59,474 bases of DNA from an uncultured Erysipelotrichaceae bacterium. Lineage in GTDB: Bacteria; Bacillota_I; Bacilli_A; RF39; UBA660. The position numbers and the translations under genes are program-made. Below the pieces are notes generated by a model. That model did no database searches, was not told where the DNA came from, and saw only the letters and a list, made by a program, of their open reading frames with translations. This document shows, piece after piece, positions 51,995 through 59,474 of this stretch. How positions within the stretch are numbered: the first letter of the stretch is position 1; every line of letters begins with the position of its first letter. The stretch spans positions 1 through 59,474 of the forward strand of contig CAOJNP010000004.1 of assembly GCA_948439995.1 (NCBI GenBank), given 5' to 3'.

Positions 51995-52927
51995 ATGAAA
52001 AAGAAAATACCATCGACTTTAGATATTTATGGACATCAAGCAAAAGAGTACGACTATTTATCTCGTGTGTTAGCTTCCTTTGCAGAAATTTATAATTATG
52101 ATTACAATGCTTCTGCTATTTTTGAAGAACAAGAAAATATCGTACGTTTTAATGGAATTCATGGCCGAATTCGAGCATATTTTGAATATCATTTTAATGA
52201 GGAAGAAATTCCTATCAAATGGTATTATCAAGAAGTTATTTATCATAAAGTTCAGAAAAATGAATTTGGTTTTCTTACTTTTGATAAAAATGATCAAAGT
52301 AATTTAGCCGAGATCATCTCCCTTGCGGTTCGTTTTTTGGAAGCTTGTGGACTTCGTAATTTAATCGTTCAGTTGAATGTTTTAGAACCTTTGTCATCAA
52401 ATATTTATAATGATTTAGATATTTTAGATATTAATTATGAAGAAAAAAAGATAGATTCTGATTTTTGTCAGAGTGTTGTATTTCAAATATATGGTTCCAA
52501 TGAAACAGATCAAAAAGTTCTTTTAATAGAAGGTGGAGATATGTCTCATCTAGTAAAAAAATGGAGTGGACTAACCAATTCTTTATATGGCTTTTTTGGA
52601 TATCTTGAAAATTTATTCGAAGTTTTACAAGGTAATTTATCACTAGAAAATAAAACATTGGATGTGATCGTAACATATGAAACCGATTTAGAAAAAGAAA
52701 AAGCTCTATATTTAACACAAGAATTACGTTTGAATGGTTTTAAAACAGAAAATATCAAACGATGTGAAAAAAGTTTTATAAAAAAGTATTATCCAACAAA
52801 ATATGTAATTTCTATAAAAGAAAAAACAATCAAAAATGATGAAATTATTTTAACGGATTTATATACCAATGAGAAAAAGACAGTCAAAGAGTTGGATTTA
52901 ATACAATATTTGGATATTAATTTTTAG
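51995..52927 (+). CDS. Degenerate HisRS-like protein
   Basis: Weak HisRS layout (TLDIY, IFE, P.KWYY, C-terminal anticodon-binding-like domain with LTQELRLNGF). Catalytic motifs are eroded (GGRYD position reads GGDMS). Confidence 0.6.
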   Translation: MKKKIPSTLDIYGHQAKEYDYLSRVLASFAEIYNYDYNASAIFEEQENIVRFNGIHGRIRAYFEYHFNEEEIPIKWYYQEVIYHKVQKNEFGFLTFDKNDQSNLAEIISLAVRFLEACGLRNLIVQLNVLEPLSSNIYNDLDILDINYEEKKIDSDFCQSVVFQIYGSNETDQKVLLIEGGDMSHLVKKWSGLTNSLYGFFGYLENLFEVLQGNLSLENKTLDVIVTYETDLEKEKALYLTQELRLNGFKTENIKRCEKSFIKKYYPTKYVISIKEKTIKNDEIILTDLYTNEKKTVKELDLIQYLDINF

Positions 52928-52936
52928 GAGGATTCA

Positions 52937-53434
52937 ATGAAAAGAAAAAAAATAATACAACAAAGAAATGGTAAAAATACTACACTAAATAAAATAAAAA
53001 AACTGTATCGTTACTATTTAGAGTGTATGAAACAAGAAGCAATAACAAAAGAAGATAAAAATAGACAAACCAATTTAATAAAAAGTTTTTTATGGAGATT
53101 AAACATTTCAGCTGCTCTTATGGAACAAAAAGATTTTGCAGCAAAATTTTTGAAAGGAGATTATGATCATTTATTAAATTTATCTATATTGAATCAATCT
53201 GGACAACCTTTCAATGCTAATAACAAAAAGAACAAACCGTGTTCTTTGTCCAAAAAAATTGATGAAGATGTTGATCCGCTTAAAAAAGCGTATGATCAAT
53301 ATAACAATGGAGTTTTACCTTATGAAAGTTTTCTTCTGATTTTTCAAGAGTATTTTTGTGCAATTATAGATGTTTATAATCTTGGAAAGTCTGATGTTGA
53401 AACGATTACAAAAAGAAATTTAAAAAGGAGATAG
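52937..53434 (+). CDS. Hypothetical protein
   Basis: AGGAGG RBS; within the T-box operon. Confidence 0.6.
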   Translation: MKRKKIIQQRNGKNTTLNKIKKLYRYYLECMKQEAITKEDKNRQTNLIKSFLWRLNISAALMEQKDFAAKFLKGDYDHLLNLSILNQSGQPFNANNKKNKPCSLSKKIDEDVDPLKKAYDQYNNGVLPYESFLLIFQEYFCAIIDVYNLGKSDVETITKRNLKRR

Positions 53435-53438
53435 AGAA

Positions 53439-54752
53439 ATGAAAAAAATATTTGTTTCTGAATTGGAAAAATACTATAATCAAGAAATTGAATTTCAAGG
53501 TTTTTTAGATAAGTTAAGAGATTTACCTTATGTTATGTTTTTGGTTTTAAGAGATGGTACTGGAAAACTTCAAGTAACAATTGAAAAAACAGAAGATAAT
53601 GAAAGATTAATCGAATTATTACAAAGTGCTACTTTAGAATCTACTATCCTTGTAAGAGGAGTTTTAAAAGAAACACCTAGTGTAAAATTAGGTGGAATGG
53701 AATTAATTCCAAATGAAATTTTGCTGACCAGTGAAAGTGCATCAGAACTTCCTTTTGATTATAATAAAAAAGATAATAGTTTAAGAGAAACGAGATTAGA
53801 TTATCGATTTGTTGATTTAAGAAGAAGTGATAACCATTTATTATTTCAAGTGGCAACTTTATTAGAGCATAGCTTGAGAGAATTTTGTATAAAAAATCAT
53901 TTTATAGAAATCCATTCTCCAAAAATTAGTGGTGCTGCAGCAGAAAGTGGTGCTGAAACTTTTTCATTAGAATATTTTGGAAAAACTGCTTATTTATCGC
54001 AATCACCTCAGTTTTATAAGCAGATGGCAATGGCTTCTGGCTTTGATAAAGTCTTTGAAATTGGACCAGCTTTTCGAGCTGAGAATTCTCATACTAGCTA
54101 TCATGCAACTGAAATTAATATGGCTGATATCGAGATATCTTGGATTCAAAATTATGTAGAAATTATGGATTTTGAAGAAGAATGGCTTAAATTTGCCATT
54201 CGAAAAGTTTATCAAACATTTGGTGTTGACATGGAAAAGGAATTTAAAGTGAATTTGACGGATTTAGAAAAACCATTTGCACGAATTTCATTTTCGGAAG
54301 CGAAAAATATTTTGAAAGAAAAATATCATTATATTGGAGAAAAAGAAGATGATTTTGAAAGAAAAGAAGAAAATTTATTATGCAAGTATGCAAAAGAAGA
54401 ATTTGGAACAGAATTTATTTTTGTTACTGAATTTCCTTTTGCAGCAAGACCTTTTTATCATATGTTAAATGAGCAAGGCAAAACGTGCAGTTATGATTTA
54501 TTATTTCGAGGAATTGAAATTACGACAGGTGCTCAAAGAGAACACCGGTTGGATGTTTTAAAAAAACAAGTTGTAGAAAAAGGTATTACTTTAGAAAGTT
54601 TAGATTTTTATTTAGAATTTTTCAAATATGGTATGCCACCTCATGGAGGATTTGCCATTGGAATCCAACGTTTATTAATGCTTTTGTTAGGAATTGATAA
54701 TATTCGTGAAGCAACATTTATTTATCGAGGCCCAACAAGACTTAATCCATAA
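53439..54752 (+). CDS. aspS: Aspartate--tRNA ligase, short archaeal-type (probably non-discriminating)
   Basis: 437 aa with no GAD insert; LSQSPQFYKQ, FRAENS, GAQREH, GMPPHGG. Confidence 0.9.
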   Translation: MKKIFVSELEKYYNQEIEFQGFLDKLRDLPYVMFLVLRDGTGKLQVTIEKTEDNERLIELLQSATLESTILVRGVLKETPSVKLGGMELIPNEILLTSESASELPFDYNKKDNSLRETRLDYRFVDLRRSDNHLLFQVATLLEHSLREFCIKNHFIEIHSPKISGAAAESGAETFSLEYFGKTAYLSQSPQFYKQMAMASGFDKVFEIGPAFRAENSHTSYHATEINMADIEISWIQNYVEIMDFEEEWLKFAIRKVYQTFGVDMEKEFKVNLTDLEKPFARISFSEAKNILKEKYHYIGEKEDDFERKEENLLCKYAKEEFGTEFIFVTEFPFAARPFYHMLNEQGKTCSYDLLFRGIEITTGAQREHRLDVLKKQVVEKGITLESLDFYLEFFKYGMPPHGGFAIGIQRLLMLLLGIDNIREATFIYRGPTRLNP

Positions 54753-54808
54753 AATAAGAAAAAAAGAATGATTTATTTCGGATGTCAAATAATAGTTAAA
54801 TAGGAGAG

Positions 54809-56182
54809 ATGAATATGTATTTAAAAGAATTAAAAGAAAAGAAAGATGAATTTTTAAATCGAGAAGTAAAGATTTCAGGTTGGATCAGAAATCATCGTCG
54901 TCAAAAAGATTTTGGTTTTATTGATTTTTCGGATGGAACAGATTTTGAGCACATGCAACTGGTTTATGATAAAGAAGTAGCAGATTTTGAAAAAATTTCT
55001 AGTTTGAAAAATGGAGCAAGTATTGAAGTAGTGGGGATATTACAAGAATCAAGTGGTACTGGGCAAGATTATGAAGTAGCAATGAAACAAGTTACATTAT
55101 TAGGAGATTGTCCTGATGATTATCCACTGCAACCAAAAGCTCATTCAAAAGAATTTTTGAGAACGATTGGCTATTTAAGACCAAGAGCTAATTTATTTCA
55201 GGCCGTTTTTCGTATTCGTTCTTTGGCTTCTATGGCTATTCATGAGTACTTTCAAAATAGAGGTTATGTTTATTTGCATGCTCCACTTATTACAGGAAGT
55301 GACTGTGAAGGTGCTGGAGAAATGTTTCAAGTAACTACTTTGCCTCTTGAAAAATTAAAAGGAGAAATAGATTATAAAAAAGATTTTTTTGGAAAAAAAG
55401 CAGGACTTACTGTTTCTGGACAATTACAAGGAGAGACATTTGCAATGGCGTTTTCCAAAGTTTATACGTTTGGTCCTACTTTTCGTGCAGAAGACTCGAA
55501 TACCAAAACTCATGCTGCCGAATTTTGGATGATTGAACCAGAAGTTGCTTTTTGTGATTTAAATGGAATCATGGACATTCAAGAAGATATGTTAAAGTAT
55601 ATTGTTCAAACTATTTTAGATAAAGCCAGTGAAGAATTAAAATTTTTAGATCGTTTTGCAGAAAAAGGTCTGATTGAAAAATTAACGACATTGGTTCATA
55701 GTAAATTTACAAGAATTACACATGAAGAAGTCATAACCATTTTAAAAAATGCTGATGTAAAGTGGGAATTTGAACCAGTTTATGGAGAAGATATTGCCAA
55801 AGAACATGAAAAATATATTACAGAATATTTTCATGGACCTGTTTTCATTACCAATTGGCCAAAAGACATTAAAGCCTTTTATATGAAACAAAACAGCGAT
55901 GGAAAAACCGTTGCAGCAGCAGATTTAGAAATTCCTGGTGTCGGTGAGTTAATGGGTGGTAGTCAAAGAGAAGAAAATTATGATAAGTTACTGACTCGTA
56001 TGAAAGAACTTTCAATGGATCCAGAAGAAATGGAATGGTACTTAAATTTAAGAAAATATGGAACTTGTGTTCATAGTGGTTTTGGAATGGGATTCGAGCG
56101 TTTATTAATTTATTTAACTGGAGTTGATAATATTCGCGATGTAATTGCTTATCCAAGAACTCCTGGAAATTGCGAATTTTAG
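54809..56182 (+). CDS. asnS: Asparagine--tRNA ligase
   Basis: LTVSGQL, FGPTFRAE, EFWMIEPE, GGSQRE. Confidence 0.96.
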   Translation: MNMYLKELKEKKDEFLNREVKISGWIRNHRRQKDFGFIDFSDGTDFEHMQLVYDKEVADFEKISSLKNGASIEVVGILQESSGTGQDYEVAMKQVTLLGDCPDDYPLQPKAHSKEFLRTIGYLRPRANLFQAVFRIRSLASMAIHEYFQNRGYVYLHAPLITGSDCEGAGEMFQVTTLPLEKLKGEIDYKKDFFGKKAGLTVSGQLQGETFAMAFSKVYTFGPTFRAEDSNTKTHAAEFWMIEPEVAFCDLNGIMDIQEDMLKYIVQTILDKASEELKFLDRFAEKGLIEKLTTLVHSKFTRITHEEVITILKNADVKWEFEPVYGEDIAKEHEKYITEYFHGPVFITNWPKDIKAFYMKQNSDGKTVAAADLEIPGVGELMGGSQREENYDKLLTRMKELSMDPEEMEWYLNLRKYGTCVHSGFGMGFERLLIYLTGVDNIRDVIAYPRTPGNCEF

Positions 56183-56272
56183 TTTGTTTTATAATTTTAA
56201 AAGAATATGAAAAGATTTGGTCTTTTCTTTTTCTTATGGTATAATCTTGTTTAAGATAAGAAGGGTTTATTT

Positions 56273-58117
56273 ATGTTTGGTAAAATTAAATTTATAAGTG
56301 ATAATATTGCACATGTAGAAAATGTTGGAGGTTCAGCGGGAACTCAAGATTTAATGAATGTTCATGTCATTTTTGAAGCGTCTGGACAACGAATTTTAGG
56401 AGAAATTACGGAAATTAATCCAGAAATTATTAAAATTCGATTTTTAGGAGAATTTACGAATAATCGTTATGTAAATGGTGTAATTCGAAAACCACTTTTA
56501 TCAAGTAAAATCCGGATTATAAGTGGAAGTGAATTAAAAGAAATTATTGGAGTTGAATCAAGCGAATCTTTTACACTTGGACATAGTGCAATATATCGTA
56601 ATTATCATATTTATCCTAGCATTAATGACTTTTTTTCCAATCATTTTTCTATTTTTGGAAATAGTGGAAGTGGAAAATCTTGTGGAGTAGCAAGAATTAT
56701 TCAAAATATTTTTGGAAATAAAAATATGTTTAATTTTCATGCTAATTTGGTTATTTTTGATTCATTTGGAGAATATAAAAATGCATTTCGATCTATTAAT
56801 CAATATCACGAAAATTATAACTACAAGTTTATTACAACCAATCCAACAGATTCAGAAGATGTTCCTTTACAAATTCCTGTTAATTTATTAAATTTAGATG
56901 ATTGGGCTTTGTTATTACAAGCTAATAATCACAGTCAATTACCTATTATTGAACGAACATTGAGGCTTGCTAAAATCTTTAGTCAAAATAATGAGGAAGC
57001 AGAAGAGTATAAAAATCATTTGATTGCGAAAGCATTGTTAGCAGTATTGTTTAGCAATCAAACAACAGCTAGTAAGAAAAATGAGATATTTACTATTATT
57101 GAAGTGTGTCATACTACTGATTTTAATTTTGATTCAAGAATTGCAGGGCTTGGTTATTCTAGAAGTTTTTCGGAGTGTTTTGAAATTGATTCGAATGGGA
57201 ATTTTGGAGAAAGTGTTTTGATAACCGATTATATTTTAAAACATGTCAATGATGATTTAGAAGAAGTAAAAGAGCCAACGATTTATTCTTTTGGAGTTTT
57301 GGACTTTTCTAAAGCAATGGAATTTACTTTGATCAGTGAAGGATTTCAAAACAATAGTAAAGTTTATGATGATGCTATTATATTAAAGGTTCGTTTAGCT
57401 AGTATTTTAAATACTAAAGTTGGAAATTATTTTGTGAATATGGGACATGGAACAAGTGAACAATTTATTGGAAATCTACTTATGAATCAAGGAAAAAAAT
57501 CACAAATAATTAATATTAATTTAGAGGATATTGATGATATTTATGCAAAAGTAATTGTTAAAATTATGTGTCGTATTTTCTTTGATTTTTCTAAAAGTTT
57601 AAAAAATCGTGCTAGTATTCCATTTCATTTAATTTTGGAAGAAGCTCACCGATATATTCAACATGATATTGATACTTTTTTACTTGGATACAACATCTTT
57701 GATCGAATTGCCAAAGAGGGAAGAAAATATGGAGTAATTTTGGGTATCATTTCTCAACGACCAGTGGAAATAAGTGATACTGTTATCGCTCAAGTATCTA
57801 ATTTCTTAATCTTTAAAATGACGCATCCAAAAGATATTAAATACATAGAAGAAATGCTACCAAATATCTCATCTGATGTAATTGCAAAACAAAAAACATT
57901 GCAGCCAGGAAGTTGTGTTGCATTTGGTGGAGCATTTAAAATACCTATGATTGTGTCACTCGATTTACCAAATCCTCTTCCTTACAGTTCTAATTGCAAT
58001 GTCTCAAATTGTTGGAATGTTAAGAAAAAAGAAGATCAATCGGTTCAAGATCAAGCAGAAACGATTAATAATATTAATTTACAAAATGAAATTGACTCAC
58101 AAAGTACAACTGCATGA
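56273..58117 (+). CDS. HerA/DUF87-like ATPase
   Basis: GNSGSGKS, FDSFGEY, LEEAHRY, IAKEGRKYG, SQRP. Confidence 0.88.
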   Translation: MFGKIKFISDNIAHVENVGGSAGTQDLMNVHVIFEASGQRILGEITEINPEIIKIRFLGEFTNNRYVNGVIRKPLLSSKIRIISGSELKEIIGVESSESFTLGHSAIYRNYHIYPSINDFFSNHFSIFGNSGSGKSCGVARIIQNIFGNKNMFNFHANLVIFDSFGEYKNAFRSINQYHENYNYKFITTNPTDSEDVPLQIPVNLLNLDDWALLLQANNHSQLPIIERTLRLAKIFSQNNEEAEEYKNHLIAKALLAVLFSNQTTASKKNEIFTIIEVCHTTDFNFDSRIAGLGYSRSFSECFEIDSNGNFGESVLITDYILKHVNDDLEEVKEPTIYSFGVLDFSKAMEFTLISEGFQNNSKVYDDAIILKVRLASILNTKVGNYFVNMGHGTSEQFIGNLLMNQGKKSQIININLEDIDDIYAKVIVKIMCRIFFDFSKSLKNRASIPFHLILEEAHRYIQHDIDTFLLGYNIFDRIAKEGRKYGVILGIISQRPVEISDTVIAQVSNFLIFKMTHPKDIKYIEEMLPNISSDVIAKQKTLQPGSCVAFGGAFKIPMIVSLDLPNPLPYSSNCNVSNCWNVKKKEDQSVQDQAETINNINLQNEIDSQSTTA

Positions 58118-58142
58118 GTCTTTTTTTGAAAGGTGTATATAA

Positions 58143-59342
58143 ATGAAAAAGAAATTAATTATAATTGGAGTCATTTTATTTATTTTAATTTTTTTAGTTG
58201 GTCTGTTTTTTTATTTGCGAATTCGATTTGCCAAAATAGAAGTGGAACTAAAAAGTGATTTGACCGTACCCATTCGTTCCAATGCAAAGTACTCTGATTT
58301 TTTAATTCATATCAATGGAACTTTATTAGAAGATCATCCAATTGATACCAGTAAAATTGGACCTCAAACAATTGAAATCCATTTTAAAAATGAGAATCAT
58401 ATTAAAGTAAAATATCAATTTACTATTGAAGTAGTAGACAAAGAACCTCCGATTGCATGGCTAAAAACGCAATATACCTTGTATCAAGGTTCTTCGGATG
58501 ATTTTTTTGACAGTATTATGTGTGCAGATAATTATGATTCGAATCCTGTTTGTGGTGTAGAAGGAAATTATGATATGAATACAATCGGAGAATATCCCTT
58601 AGAATTTGTGGCAAAAGATTTTAGTGGAAATGAAACAAGACGTCATTTTACTTTGCATATTATTGAAAAACCAACTGGTGGAAATTCTTCTAATCAATCT
58701 GGTTCTAAAACGCAAACTGATTTTTTAGAAGTAGTAAAAACTTATAAAAAAGAAAATACAGAAATAGGATTAGATATATCACATTGGCAAGGTGATGTAG
58801 ATTATGAAGCTTTAAAAAATGCTGGAGTAGAGTTTGTAATATTGCGTGTAGGAACTAGTAATGGAATGGATGGAGATTATATTTTGGATAAAAAATTTAT
58901 TCAAAATATTACAAGAGCAAATGAAGTTGGAATTCCAGTCGGTATTTATTATTATTCTTATGCAAATAATATGAAGCGTGCAGAACAAGATGCCAAATGG
59001 GTGTTAGAACAAATTAAAGATTATCAAGTAGATTTACCTATTGCATTTGATTGGGAAAATTGGGCTTCTTATAATGAATTTCATTTAAGTTTATTTGGTC
59101 TTTCTGATATGGCTGAAACATTTATGAGTGTTATCAGTAATGCTGGTTATGAAGGGATGTTATATAGTAGTAAATCTTATTTGGAACAAATTTGGTATCC
59201 AACGCGTTACAAAACTTGGTTAGCTCATTATACGAGTCAAACCAATTATAATGGCGATTATGAGTATTGGCAACTTTGTAGTGATGGTGTGATTAGTGGA
59301 ATACAAGGTGATGTAGATATTGATATTCGTTATAAAAAATAA
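58143..59342 (+). CDS. Membrane-anchored GH25 muramidase with Ig-like stalk domains
   Basis: GLDISHWQG, GIYYYSYA, FDWE, WLAHY, VDID. Confidence 0.9.
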   Translation: MKKKLIIIGVILFILIFLVGLFFYLRIRFAKIEVELKSDLTVPIRSNAKYSDFLIHINGTLLEDHPIDTSKIGPQTIEIHFKNENHIKVKYQFTIEVVDKEPPIAWLKTQYTLYQGSSDDFFDSIMCADNYDSNPVCGVEGNYDMNTIGEYPLEFVAKDFSGNETRRHFTLHIIEKPTGGNSSNQSGSKTQTDFLEVVKTYKKENTEIGLDISHWQGDVDYEALKNAGVEFVILRVGTSNGMDGDYILDKKFIQNITRANEVGIPVGIYYYSYANNMKRAEQDAKWVLEQIKDYQVDLPIAFDWENWASYNEFHLSLFGLSDMAETFMSVISNAGYEGMLYSSKSYLEQIWYPTRYKTWLAHYTSQTNYNGDYEYWQLCSDGVISGIQGDVDIDIRYKK

Positions 59343-59474
59343 TAATTTTTTAGAATAAAAATATGACTTGTGTAGTAGATCTTAGAATGATATAATAATA
59401 TTACCAAAGGATAGTTAGTTACATAAAACCGACTATGGTGATAATTGGGAGTCAGAACTCTATGTGGTGTAGAA

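Noticed and set aside
59368-59474. Promoter-like TGATATAAT followed by a possible structured RNA
   Set aside because: Truncated by the window end; no family can be assigned.

Overview
AT-rich chromosome segment from a low-GC Bacillota organism that carries sporulation genes (gene content resembles reduced-genome gut Bacilli such as RF39; this is inference). Most of it is housekeeping or sporulation: rpsB-tsf-frr, rpsU-yqfC-yqfD-ybeY-era-recO, glyQS, hisS, tgt, spoVB, rel, sepF-divIVA, yqeG/yqeH, mutL, miaA, aspS/asnS. Two accessory systems stand out. (1) Positions 1-3770 hold a diversity-generating retroelement (target 3' end/VR, MutS-like accessory gene, avd, RT) with a tandem array of three template-repeat-like cassettes instead of one adenine-rich TR. 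The 123-nt cores are adenine-poor and mutually divergent (TR1 vs TR2 about 67% identical), while the two complete spacers are about 96% identical. The VR matches cassette 1 except at 4 TR adenines. (2) sigK is split by a 9.6-kb skin-like element carrying a CRESS-virus-like HUH+SF3 Rep, a TAGTATTAC stem-loop origin and an FtsK-like ATPase. Its excision would restore sigK and also fuse the serine recombinase in frame to a double-HTH protein. Smaller oddities include an ultrashort-stem-I Gly T-box, a Rel with a degenerate hydrolase domain coupled to a CYTH gene, an orphan origin relic, and a degenerate second HisRS. All comparisons were made by eye and no database searches were run.
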